NCBI GenBank assembly: GCA_964449895.1
Contig: CAYVBY010000002.1
Span: forward strand, 41,119 to 105,118
Direction of reading: 5' to 3'
Length of the DNA: 64,000 nt
DNA from: an uncultured Clostridium sp.
Lineage (GTDB): Bacteria > Bacillota > Clostridia > Peptostreptococcales > Peptostreptococcaceae
Shown here: one piece after another, positions 1 through 9,489 of the stretch
How the letters are laid out: every line of letters starts with the position of its first letter
Numbering within the stretch: position 1 is the stretch's first letter
Made by a program: the position numbers and the translations under genes
The notes under the pieces: generated by a model
What the model was told of the DNA's origin: nothing
Databases searched by the model: none
What the model saw: only the letters and a program-made list of their open reading frames with translations

Positions 1-858
1 AACCATTTCAACTTTGTTAAATTGATGTTGTCTAACTAATCCTCTTGTATCTCTACCTGCAGAACCAGCTTCTGATCTAAAGCATGGAGTATATGCAGTG
101 TAGTTAAGTGGTAAATCTTCAAATGAAAGTATTTCATTTGCATGTATATTAGTTAAAGGTACTTCTGCAGTTGGTATTAAATAATATCCATTGTCTACTT
201 TGAACATATCTTCTTCAAATTTTGGTAATTGTCCAGTTCCTAAGAATGAATTTGCATTAGCCATAAATGGTGGTATAAATTCAGTATATCCTTGAACAGT
301 TGTATTTTCATCTAAGAAGAAATTGTATATTGATCTTTCTAATTTTGCACCTTTATTTTTGTATAAAGTAAATCTTGATCCTGTTATTTTAGCAGCTCTT
401 TCAAAATCTAATAAGTTTAAGTCTGTTCCTATATCCCAGTGAGCTTTGAAATCAAAATCAAATTTTCTAGGTTCTCCCCATTTTCTGATTTCTATATTAT
501 CTTCATCTGAATCACCTTGTGGAACTTGTGGATTTGGTACATTAGGTATTCTAAGTAATCTATATCTTAATTCATCTTGTACACTTTTTACTTTTTCATC
601 TACAGCTTTTATTTTATCAGATAATTCTTTTAATCTAGCTTTATCTTCTGTAACATCTTTTCCTTCTTTTATAAGTTGAGGTATTTTTTTAGATTCAGTA
701 TTCATTTCATTTTTCATTACTTCAACTTCTTTTAATAAATCTCTTCTTTGGTCATCTAGTGCTACAACAGCATCAAGGTCAAATTCACCTTCACCTCTTC
801 TGTCCATAGCTTTTTTAATATCATCTAAATTTTCTCTTATTCTTTTGATATCTAACAT
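1..858 (-). CDS. serS: Seryl-tRNA synthetase (5' part; runs off window start)
   Basis: Not in ORF track. Manual translation from ATG at 858 (RBS AGGAGG) gives [10 protein letters not shown]... and the class II SerRS motif [11 protein letters not shown]. Confidence 0.93.
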   Translation of the reverse strand, partial: MLDIKRIRENLDDIKKAMDRRGEGEFDLDAVVALDDQRRDLLKEVEVMKNEMNTESKKIPQLIKEGKDVTEDKARLKELSDKIKAVDEKVKSVQDELRYRLLRIPNVPNPQVPQGDSDEDNIEIRKWGEPRKFDFDFKAHWDIGTDLNLLDFERAAKITGSRFTLYKNKGAKLERSIYNFFLDENTTVQGYTEFIPPFMANANSFLGTGQLPKFEEDMFKVDNGYYLIPTAEVPLTNIHANEILSFEDLPLNYTAYTPCFRSEAGSAGRDTRGLVRQHQFNKVEMV

Positions 859-949
859 TTTTTTCCTCCTAAGTATTTTATTATGTATAATTGCGCATTA
901 CTAAGGATATTACTCTTAGTCCCCAAATATATTTATATAATTTAAGTAT

Positions 950-978
950 ATTTTATTCATTTACAATTGTATTGTCAA
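950..978 (-). promoter_or_regulatory. SigA promoter of serS
   Basis: TTGACA (973-978), 17-nt spacer, TAAAAT (950-955) on minus strand. Confidence 0.65.
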
Positions 979-1230
979 TTTTTAATGAAAACTAATGTTT
1001 ATATATCAAAGCAAGCAATTTACGTCCTATATAAAATTATAACCAATCTTAGAAAAAATTCCATAGATAATTATAATATAAATTAATATTTTTTTATTTT
1101 ATTTCCATTTTTCTAAGTAACTATACATAAATTTTTAACAAAAAAAAGAAATGCCCAAATAAATTTGCATTTCCTCTTAATAAATTTACATTTTTAAAAA
1201 ATTTATCTTAAAATTTTTAAAGTAAATATT

Positions 1231-2700
1231 TTATAAAATTATAGTAATTATATTATTGCTACCTTCATTTATAATCTTTTGAAGAGTTTTTTGTATTTTA
1301 AATCTAATTTCTTCTGGCATAGTGTATAGTTTACTTTGTAACTGTTCTTTAACCAAATCATTTAGAGATTTACCAAACATATTAGACTCCCAAATTTCAC
1401 TAGGATTTTGCTCAAATTCATTTAAAAGATATTTGACCATTTCTTCTCCTTGATTTTGATTTCCTACTATTGGAGAAACTTCTGTTGAAATATCTGCTTT
1501 TATTATATGAAGAGATGGAGCATTTGCTTTTAATTTAACTCCATATTGTTTTCCCTGTTTTATTATTTCAGGCTCTTCTAAGCTCAATTCACTAAGTGAT
1601 GGAGCCACTACTCCATATCCAAAATTTTTAGCATCATTTAATGCTATTTCTATTTTGTCGTATTCTTTTTTTATTTTAGATAAAGTAGTAATAAGATTTA
1701 ATAATTGGCAATCTTCTTCAATTTTAAATCCACTTTTTTCTTCTAATACATCATAAAATAATTCCTGTTTAGTTCCTAAATTTATATTTATTATACCTTC
1801 TCCAAGTTCAACATTATCAACTGTAATACCTTCTAAAAATTCTAATTCCTCAAATCCTTTAACAACTTTATCTATATCTCTAATTTTATTTAAATCAGAT
1901 ATACATTTTCTAAGTGTAGAAATTATACTTTGTTTTACCCAATGTTCTTTTTCAAGACCTTCTACCCATTTAGAAATATTTATTCTTATTTCGGTTAATG
2001 GAAAATCATATAAAACTGTTTCTAGTATTTCTTCTATATTAGATTCATCCATTTGTTCAACATTCATTGAAACTATTGGTACTTCATATTTTTGTTCTAG
2101 TTCATGTCTAAGTAATATAGTATTTTCATCATTTGGAGTAAGACTATTTAAAACAACTACAAAAGGTTTTTTTATTTCTTTTAATTCCTCTATAACTCTT
2201 TCTTCTGCATCTAAATAGCTACTTCTTTCAATTCCTGTAACAGAACCATCTGTTATAACAACTATTCCTATTGTAGAATGTTCTCTTATAACTTTTTTAG
2301 TACCTATTTCTGCTGCATCTTCAAATGTCATAGCATCTTTTGACCAAGGTGTGGATACTAATCTTTGTTTTCCATTTTCTTCATGTCCTAAAGCCCCATC
2401 TACTATGTATCCAACACAATCAATCATTCTTATTTTTAAAGATACTGAATCCTTTAATTTTATATTCACCCCATCTGCTGGAACGAATTTAGGTTCAACA
2501 GTCATTATTGTTTTTCCAGAACCACTTTGAGGTATTTCATCTCTTGTTCTCTCTCTTTTAAAATCATTTTCTATATTTGGTAAAACTAATGTTTCCATAA
2601 ATTTTCTTATAAATGTTGATTTTCCTGTTCTTACAGGTCCCACAACACCTATATATATGTCTCCCTGAGTTCTTTTTGCTATATCCTCATAAATGTTCAT
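1231..2700 (-). CDS. spoIVA: Stage IV sporulation protein A (coat morphogenetic ATPase)
   Basis: N-terminus IYEDIAKRTQGDIYIGVVGPVRTGKSTFI; 489 aa. Confidence 0.97.
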   Translation of the reverse strand: MNIYEDIAKRTQGDIYIGVVGPVRTGKSTFIRKFMETLVLPNIENDFKRERTRDEIPQSGSGKTIMTVEPKFVPADGVNIKLKDSVSLKIRMIDCVGYIVDGALGHEENGKQRLVSTPWSKDAMTFEDAAEIGTKKVIREHSTIGIVVITDGSVTGIERSSYLDAEERVIEELKEIKKPFVVVLNSLTPNDENTILLRHELEQKYEVPIVSMNVEQMDESNIEEILETVLYDFPLTEIRINISKWVEGLEKEHWVKQSIISTLRKCISDLNKIRDIDKVVKGFEELEFLEGITVDNVELGEGIININLGTKQELFYDVLEEKSGFKIEEDCQLLNLITTLSKIKKEYDKIEIALNDAKNFGYGVVAPSLSELSLEEPEIIKQGKQYGVKLKANAPSLHIIKADISTEVSPIVGNQNQGEEMVKYLLNEFEQNPSEIWESNMFGKSLNDLVKEQLQSKLYTMPEEIRFKIQKTLQKIINEGSNNIITIIL

Positions 2701-2731
2701 ATTATTCCCTCCTGCATATATTTCTTATTAA

Positions 2732-2760
2732 ATTATATTTAGGAGTGTTTAATTTTATAA
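2732..2760 (-). promoter_or_regulatory. Putative SigE promoter of spoIVA
   Basis: TTATAAA-14 nt-AATATAAT resembles the SigE consensus; spoIVA is a known SigE gene. Confidence 0.5.
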
Positions 2761-2799
2761 CAAAAATTAGGCACAAGAAAATCTTTATTTAAATACAAT

Positions 2800-2840
2800 A
2801 AAAGCCCTACAGATTTAATTTTTAAAACTGTAGAGCTTTT
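2800..2840 (-). terminator. Rho-independent terminator after gpsA
   Basis: Inverted repeat aaagc(c)ctacag...ctgtag(a)gcttt flanked by A/T runs. Confidence 0.6.
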
Positions 2841-2848
2841 TATATAAA

Positions 2849-3874
2849 TTAATTATGTACAAAACCGTTGTTAACTACTTCTTCCATTTCATTTTTCTTT
2901 GTTCTAGTCATAAGAGCATTTACTACATCTTTAACATTTTTTCCTTCATAAAGTACAGAATATATTGCACTTGTAATCGGCAATTCTATGTTTAAGTCTT
3001 TTCCAACTTTATATGCAACTTCTGTAGCAACAATACCTTCTACAACCATTTTTACTTCGGCTAAAGTTTCTTCTAAACTCATACCTTTTCCTATAAGTAT
3101 TCCAGCTCTTCTATTTCTACTATGCATACTTGTACAAGTAACTATTAAATCACCAATTCCTGCTAAACCTGTAAAAGTTCTTACATCTGCACCCATAGCT
3201 ACTCCTAATCTTCCGATCTCTGTAATACCTCTTGTCATAAGTGCTGCTTTAGTATTGTCTCCATATCCTAGTCCATCACATACACCAGCTGCAAAAGCTA
3301 TAATGTTTTTTAAAGCTCCTCCTAGCTCAACTCCTACTACATCTGGATTAGTATATACTCTAAGCGTAGGATTCATAAATACCTCTTGTACAATTTCTGC
3401 AGCTTTTAAATTTTCAGATGCAGAAACTATAGTAGTAGGCATATATCTAGAAACTTCTTCTGCATGAGATGGTCCTGAAAGTACAACATAGTCATTATCT
3501 GGTAATTCTTGTTTGACTACTTCTGATAATCTAAGACCTGTTCCTTTTTCAAGCCCTTTAGCTACATCAACTATTATTTGTTCTTTTTTTATAAAAGGCT
3601 TTATTTGTTTACTTACACTTCTTACAGCTTGAGATGGAACTGCCAATACCACAATCTTACTGTCTTTTACTACACTTTCTAAATCTGTAGATACTTTAAT
3701 TGAATCAGGAAAAATAACACCTGGTAAAAAGTCTGGGTTTTCTCTCTTTTCATTAATTTGTCTTACTTGTTCTTCATTTCTTGACCACATTTCTACTTTA
3801 TATCCGTTTTTACAAAGGCTTAATGCAAGAGCACTTCCCCAACTACCTGCACCTATAACGCACATTTTATCCAT
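2849..3874 (-). CDS. gpsA: NAD(P)H-dependent glycerol-3-phosphate dehydrogenase
   Basis: GAGSWG Rossmann motif, GALKN, GDLIVTC, SRNR. Confidence 0.96.
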   Translation of the reverse strand: MDKMCVIGAGSWGSALALSLCKNGYKVEMWSRNEEQVRQINEKRENPDFLPGVIFPDSIKVSTDLESVVKDSKIVVLAVPSQAVRSVSKQIKPFIKKEQIIVDVAKGLEKGTGLRLSEVVKQELPDNDYVVLSGPSHAEEVSRYMPTTIVSASENLKAAEIVQEVFMNPTLRVYTNPDVVGVELGGALKNIIAFAAGVCDGLGYGDNTKAALMTRGITEIGRLGVAMGADVRTFTGLAGIGDLIVTCTSMHSRNRRAGILIGKGMSLEETLAEVKMVVEGIVATEVAYKVGKDLNIELPITSAIYSVLYEGKNVKDVVNALMTRTKKNEMEEVVNNGFVHN

Positions 3875-3897
3875 AATAACACCACCTAGTTATAAAA

Positions 3898-4509
3898 TTA
3901 TTGTTTTTTTTCACCGATTCTTCTTTCTGTTCCATTTAATAGACGTTTTATATTAGCTCTATGAGTATAAGTTACTGATACTGCTAAAAATAAAGCAACT
4001 AATAAACCTTTTATCTCATGATACATAAGATATACTACTATTGGAGATATAACAATACTTAATACAGAACCTAAAGAAACATATTTAGTTACTGCTACAA
4101 TTACTATAAAAACTGCAAAGCATGAAAGAGCTGCTATTGGATTTATTGCAAGCATTGATCCTAAAGATGTTGCAACACCTTTACCACCTTTAAAACCAAA
4201 AATTACTGGCCAGTTATGACCACTTACAACTGCTACTACTGCTAAATATGCACATGTAAGTTCATCTGTATGTGTATAATAAGCTAATATTCTAGCAAAA
4301 GAAACTGCCACTATTCCTTTTAGAACATCTCCTCCAAAAGCAACTGCTCCTGCTTTTTTTCCAAGAGTTCTTAGAACATTTGTAGAACCAGGATTTCCAG
4401 ATCCTTGTGTTCTTATGTCTACATTTCCCATTTTCTTTCCAACAATATAAGATGTTGAAATATTACCTAAAAGATAAGCAACCACTACTATAACTAAATA
4501 AATTAACAT
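3898..4509 (-). CDS. plsY: Glycerol-3-phosphate acyltransferase
   Basis: GSGNPGSTNVLR, GHNWP, FKGGKGVAT, HRANIKRL. Confidence 0.95.
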   Translation of the reverse strand: MLIYLVIVVVAYLLGNISTSYIVGKKMGNVDIRTQGSGNPGSTNVLRTLGKKAGAVAFGGDVLKGIVAVSFARILAYYTHTDELTCAYLAVVAVVSGHNWPVIFGFKGGKGVATSLGSMLAINPIAALSCFAVFIVIVAVTKYVSLGSVLSIVISPIVVYLMYHEIKGLLVALFLAVSVTYTHRANIKRLLNGTERRIGEKKQ

Positions 4510-4529
4510 GTTTTGCCCCCTACATATAA

Positions 4530-5858
4530 TTATTTTCTTTTATTTTTTTCTCTATATTCAAATTGTATTGAAGTTCCTTCAAAACCAAAGTTTTCTCTTA
4601 TTTTATTTTCAAGATATCTTTGATAAGAGAAATGAGTAAGCTTTTTGTCATTTATAAATAATGTAAATTTAGGTGGTTTAGTTCCAGTTTGTGAACCGTA
4701 GTAAATTTTTAATCTCTTACCTTTATCTGATGGTGGTTGATTTAACATAACAGCTTCACCTATAACATCATTTAATGCTGATGTAGTTACACGTTTTGAA
4801 TGTTCTGCTGCTATACGATCTACAGTTTCTAATACTTTATCCATTCTCTTATTAGTAAGTGCAGATACGAATAAAACTGGAGCATACATCATGAATGGGA
4901 ATTTTTCTCTTATTTCTTTAGTATAATTTCCTAAAGTTTTATTGTCTTTTTCAACTAAATCCCATTTATTTACTATAAATATGCATCCTTTACCTTCATC
5001 ATGAGCTATACCTGCAACTTTAGTATCTTGTTCTGTAACACCTTCTGTTGCATCTATAACTATTAAAACTACATCTGCTCTCTCAACAGCACTCATAGAT
5101 CTGATTACACTGAATTTTTCAACTCTCTCATATACTTTACTTTTTCTTCTTATACCTGCTGTATCTATTAATAAGTATTGTTGTCCGTCTTTTTCAAAAT
5201 ATGTATCTATTGCATCTCTTGTAGTTCCTGCAATTGGACTTACTATAACTCTATTTTCACCTAAAATATTATTTAAAATTGAACTTTTCCCTGCATTTGG
5301 CTTTCCAGTTATTGCAACTCTTATTATATCTTCGTCATATTCTGTATTTAATCCTTCTGGGAATTGTTCTACAACTTCATCTAATAAATCTCCTAGTCCC
5401 ATACTGTTTGCACTTGATATTGGATATGGAACACCTAGACCTAATTCATAAAAGTCATATACATTATCCATTTGTTTCATACTATCTATTTTGTTTACAG
5501 CTAATAAAACTGGTTTATTTGTTTTTCTAAGTATTTGTGCTACTTCTTTGTCTGCTGCTGTAAGTCCTGATTTTCCATCTACTACAAATATTATGATGTG
5601 TGCCATATCTACAGCAAGCATTGCTTGATTTCTCATTTGAGATAATATTATATCTCCATTATCTTTTTCTATACCACCAGTATCTATTAAAGTAAAATAT
5701 TTATTTAACCATTCTACTTCTGCAAATATTCTATCTCTTGTAACTCCTGGTGTATCTTCTACTATTGATATTCTTTGTCCTGCTAATTTGTTAAACAATG
5801 TTGATTTTCCTACATTTGGTCTACCAACTACTGCTACAATTGGTCTATTATCGCTCAT
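4530..5858 (-). CDS. der: Ribosome biogenesis GTPase Der
   Basis: Two G domains (GRPNVGKS, GKPNAGKS), DTxG and NKxD motifs, KH-like C-terminus. Confidence 0.97.
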   Translation of the reverse strand: MSDNRPIVAVVGRPNVGKSTLFNKLAGQRISIVEDTPGVTRDRIFAEVEWLNKYFTLIDTGGIEKDNGDIILSQMRNQAMLAVDMAHIIIFVVDGKSGLTAADKEVAQILRKTNKPVLLAVNKIDSMKQMDNVYDFYELGLGVPYPISSANSMGLGDLLDEVVEQFPEGLNTEYDEDIIRVAITGKPNAGKSSILNNILGENRVIVSPIAGTTRDAIDTYFEKDGQQYLLIDTAGIRRKSKVYERVEKFSVIRSMSAVERADVVLIVIDATEGVTEQDTKVAGIAHDEGKGCIFIVNKWDLVEKDNKTLGNYTKEIREKFPFMMYAPVLFVSALTNKRMDKVLETVDRIAAEHSKRVTTSALNDVIGEAVMLNQPPSDKGKRLKIYYGSQTGTKPPKFTLFINDKKLTHFSYQRYLENKIRENFGFEGTSIQFEYREKNKRK

Positions 5859-5859
5859 T

Positions 5860-7197
5860 TTATTCTCCCTTCTCTTTTATTATCTTGTCTACAAATTCTT
5901 TTCCTTCATTTTGACAAGGTATTATTTCAATATTTAATTTAGTTTTTAGTTCTTCCAATGTTATATTATCTAAAAATACATCCTCATCTGCTTTTAACAT
6001 AGATTTTGTTATGTATAAAGCTTTGCCTAATTCTTTATTGTCTAATTGTTTTATTATGTCTGTTGCAGTTATAAGACCAGATACTGTAATTGTATCGCCA
6101 AAATAATCATTTGTTATTTTATATACATTTATTTTTAAATTTTTGAATTTATCCATAATTTTATTAGACATAGCACATATAAAATCGTACGCTGAACTTC
6201 CTGTAGCTATTGATATTAGTTTATTAATAGCTGGATTTTCTTCAAGGCTATCTAAGTAATTTATAATTTCTGTGCCTTGTTTACAAATCATACCTACTCC
6301 GTCTTCAAATTGTAAAAATCCTTCATATTCATCATAATTTAATAACGGTCTTTTGGCAATTATATAAAACTCATCTGATAAAAAAGCAAATCTAGTGCCT
6401 AATTTTTCTAGATATATATCCTGTAATTTATGGACTTGATCTATAGTTTTATTTGATTTTTCATAATCAAATGTTTCAAGTTTTGTTAATTTTTCTCTAT
6501 ATTTTGTAATTCCTACTGGAACTATTGCCACACTATTTACATAAGGATATAATTGGGATAAATCATTTAATGTCCTATCTAACTCCTCTTCATCGTTATA
6601 TCCTGGACATAATACAATTTGACAGTTCATTTCTATACCAGCTTTTGCAAGTTTTCTCATAATTTCAATTAATTTGCCTGCATGCTTATTATTTATCATA
6701 CTCCTTCTAAGTTCAGGATTAGTAGTATGAACTGAAATATTTATAGGACTTATTCTATATCTAATTATATTTTCTATATCTTCATCACTCATATTTGTAA
6801 GCGTAACAAAATTTCCTTGTAAGAAAGAAAGTCTTGAATCATCATCTTTAAAATAAAGAGTTTCTCTCATTCCCTTTGGAAGTTGGTCTATAAAGCAAAA
6901 TATACATTTATTTCTACAGCTTTTTGCTTTATCTATTATAGGATTTGTAAATTCTATACCAAGCTCTTCATCAAAATCCTTTTCTATTTCATATATATAT
7001 ATTTCTCCATCTCTTTTTTGGATTTCTAATTCTATATATTCGTCACTTATTAAAAACTTATATTCTATAATATCATGAATTTTTTCATCGTTAACTGATA
7101 TTAATAAATCTCCTACTTCTATACCAATTTCTTCGGCAATGGAATCTTTATAAACTTTACTTACTACATTATTACTGTTTTTTATATTCACTTCCAT
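5860..7197 (-). CDS. DUF512 family PDZ / radical-SAM-like protein
   Basis: N-terminal PDZ-like segment, CRNKCIFC (CxxxCxxC), LYFKDDDSRLSFLQGNF. Confidence 0.85.
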   Translation of the reverse strand: MEVNIKNSNNVVSKVYKDSIAEEIGIEVGDLLISVNDEKIHDIIEYKFLISDEYIELEIQKRDGEIYIYEIEKDFDEELGIEFTNPIIDKAKSCRNKCIFCFIDQLPKGMRETLYFKDDDSRLSFLQGNFVTLTNMSDEDIENIIRYRISPINISVHTTNPELRRSMINNKHAGKLIEIMRKLAKAGIEMNCQIVLCPGYNDEEELDRTLNDLSQLYPYVNSVAIVPVGITKYREKLTKLETFDYEKSNKTIDQVHKLQDIYLEKLGTRFAFLSDEFYIIAKRPLLNYDEYEGFLQFEDGVGMICKQGTEIINYLDSLEENPAINKLISIATGSSAYDFICAMSNKIMDKFKNLKINVYKITNDYFGDTITVSGLITATDIIKQLDNKELGKALYITKSMLKADEDVFLDNITLEELKTKLNIEIIPCQNEGKEFVDKIIKEKGE

Positions 7198-7233
7198 AAA
7201 ATTCTCACCACTTTTCTAAAAATACATCACTTT

Positions 7234-7262
7234 ATAATATCGTATAATTTTAAGTTAGTCAA
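7234..7262 (-). promoter_or_regulatory. SigA promoter of the DUF512-der-plsY-gpsA operon
   Basis: TTGACT-17 nt-TATTAT. Confidence 0.6.
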
Positions 7263-7289
7263 ATACTGAAATTTTTATAAATTAAAATT

Positions 7290-7478
7290 TTAGTGTTTGA
7301 CTATTATTAAAGTTTCTTTAGATATTTGATGTACAACCCCATCTACACATTTTGCCATAAGCATTGCTTTATTTTGCATATCATCGTCATCCTTTGCATA
7401 AAATATTGGACACCCTCCCGCAGATGTCATATTTTTATCTGTAGTTATTACTGCTAAAGTAAAATCATTTATAAACAT
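7290..7478 (-). CDS. Small 'capping complex subunit for YIEGIA'-type protein
   Basis: 62 aa, GGCPIFY motif, C-terminal IIVKH; starts 1 nt after the YIEGIA stop with an RBS. Confidence 0.75.
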   Translation of the reverse strand: MFINDFTLAVITTDKNMTSAGGCPIFYAKDDDDMQNKAMLMAKCVDGVVHQISKETLIIVKH

Positions 7479-7479
7479 A

Positions 7480-8412
7480 TTATATACCTTCCTTTCTTCC
7501 TATTGTATAATTTTTTAAAGCTATATTTTTGCCCTTAGCACTTGATATTATAGGACATGATTTAATAGCCTCTATTACAGCTTTTTCATTTTTTTCGATA
7601 GGCAAATAGGCAATAACTATGCTTTCATTTTTAGGATTTCTCCTTGGTAGTGGAGTAAAAACAGGTTCATTTTTTTGTCTATAAATTCCTAATCTACTAT
7701 ATAAATTGTAAACTATTGTCTGCCTTTGACCTGGGTTTTGTATAATAGATGCATATATATAGTTATTATTTTTAGGTATTATTTCTATTCCTATTCCATG
7801 TTTTATAAATTTTTCTCTATCTTTTTTTAGTCCGACATTTGTTATTCCACTTAAATCTCCCACTTTTAGTATACTTTCATCTTCAAAAGAAATATCTACT
7901 ACTTTTACTTCTGCAATATCTCCAATATTTTGCCTTTTTATAAATTTTTTTAGAACGAAAGCCAAAATTAATCCAAATATAGAGCTTATAATCAACGCTA
8001 TATTTGAATTTACATTAAATTCTGAAGTAATTAAATAGTAAAATCCAACTGTCATAAATGAAGATACTACACACATATAATTTCTAACTTCATAAGTTTT
8101 TGCAATTTCTTCTATAAATGCATTTCCTCTTTTTACAAGTTGATGCTCTTCTAAGTCCATAAGAGTTTCTCTCCTGTTTTCTCTAACTTGTCTAAATTGC
8201 TCTCCAGCCAAAGATAAAAAAGTAATAGATGTATAAGATCTTTCAATTAAAGCTGGAACTAAAAGGGCCCCTAATGAAGAAGCAACTATTGCCAAAACTA
8301 TTTGTGAAATTAAAACATTTGGTTGTGTAGGATATTGCTTTTGCTCTAAATTTAGCATTATTAATCTGGTTAAAATTCCCACTATTATTCCTATAAAAAA
8401 TACTTTATCCAT
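7480..8412 (-). CDS. YIEGIA family membrane protein (paralog B)
   Basis: N-terminal TM helices, QYPTQP, QFRQVR, FIEEIAKTYEVRNY. Confidence 0.8.
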   Translation of the reverse strand: MDKVFFIGIIVGILTRLIMLNLEQKQYPTQPNVLISQIVLAIVASSLGALLVPALIERSYTSITFLSLAGEQFRQVRENRRETLMDLEEHQLVKRGNAFIEEIAKTYEVRNYMCVVSSFMTVGFYYLITSEFNVNSNIALIISSIFGLILAFVLKKFIKRQNIGDIAEVKVVDISFEDESILKVGDLSGITNVGLKKDREKFIKHGIGIEIIPKNNNYIYASIIQNPGQRQTIVYNLYSRLGIYRQKNEPVFTPLPRRNPKNESIVIAYLPIEKNEKAVIEAIKSCPIISSAKGKNIALKNYTIGRKEGI

Positions 8413-8457
8413 TTTTCACCTCTTAAGTATTACAAAAGCTAGTGAGCTTTGTTTTAT

Positions 8458-9381
8458 TTAATTAATATAATTACTTTGTTTTCCTTTGGCTGATTCTAAA
8501 ATAGGTGTACTTCCTGCCACCTTTTTTATTAAATCCATATCCATTAAAATAGGCATAAACACAACAATAACACTATTTTTATTTAAATTAGCTTTTGAGG
8601 TTGATACTATATCGTGTTCATCTACATCTTTATCTATCCCTGTATGAATAAATATATTATGTATTATTGCTTGCCTTTGTCCTAAGTCATTTATGATGCC
8701 AAAATCATGTTTATTTTTTGGAATAATTTCTAAAACAATACCTTTTTTTAGAAATTTTTGTTGAGTAGATTTTAATCCTATATTTGTTATAACAATATCG
8801 TCCACCTTCATTATGGGACCATCAAAATATAATTTATTTTCTTTTATAATTGCTATATCATTTATACTCTTTCTTATAAGAATTTTTCTAAAAAACAAAC
8901 CTGTAACTAAAGCTACTAATACTGCAAAACTTGAACAAATCCAAATATTTTCTCCATATCTTTTTGCAATTAAAATATAGATAACTGATGAAAGTAATGC
9001 GGTAAATAAGCTTATATAACTTCTAACTTCATAAGTAGAAGATATTTCTTCAATATATTCATTTCCTTTTGGTACCAATTCATCTTCATCTATATTTTTT
9101 AAACTTATTTTTTCTTGTTGAGATATACCTTGAAATTGTTGTATAGCAATTGCTAAAAAAGTAAGAGCTGCAAATTCTTTGTCCATAAGTGCTGGTAGTG
9201 CAATAGCTCCTAAAGAAGAAGTAAGTCCTGCTATTATAATTTGTTCGATATAATCTTGTGGTGTTGTGGGATACTGTCTATCTTTAATTCTCAAAACTAA
9301 AAATCTAGATAAAGTTCCAAGTATTACTGATATTATAAATGAATGCCTAAATAAAGTTTCGTTTAGTACACTTTCTGTCAT
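8458..9381 (-). CDS. YIEGIA family membrane protein (paralog A)
   Basis: QYPTTP, QQFQGI, YIEEISSTYEVRSY; colinear with paralog B. Confidence 0.8.
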   Translation of the reverse strand: MTESVLNETLFRHSFIISVILGTLSRFLVLRIKDRQYPTTPQDYIEQIIIAGLTSSLGAIALPALMDKEFAALTFLAIAIQQFQGISQQEKISLKNIDEDELVPKGNEYIEEISSTYEVRSYISLFTALLSSVIYILIAKRYGENIWICSSFAVLVALVTGLFFRKILIRKSINDIAIIKENKLYFDGPIMKVDDIVITNIGLKSTQQKFLKKGIVLEIIPKNKHDFGIINDLGQRQAIIHNIFIHTGIDKDVDEHDIVSTSKANLNKNSVIVVFMPILMDMDLIKKVAGSTPILESAKGKQSNYIN

Positions 9382-9489
9382 TATTAATTCTCCTTTGAAA
9401 ATAATTTATATGAACTTATTTTGTACAAAACAAAAAATCTTATGTAAATTTTCTATATATTATAGATTTATTTACATAAGATTTTATTT

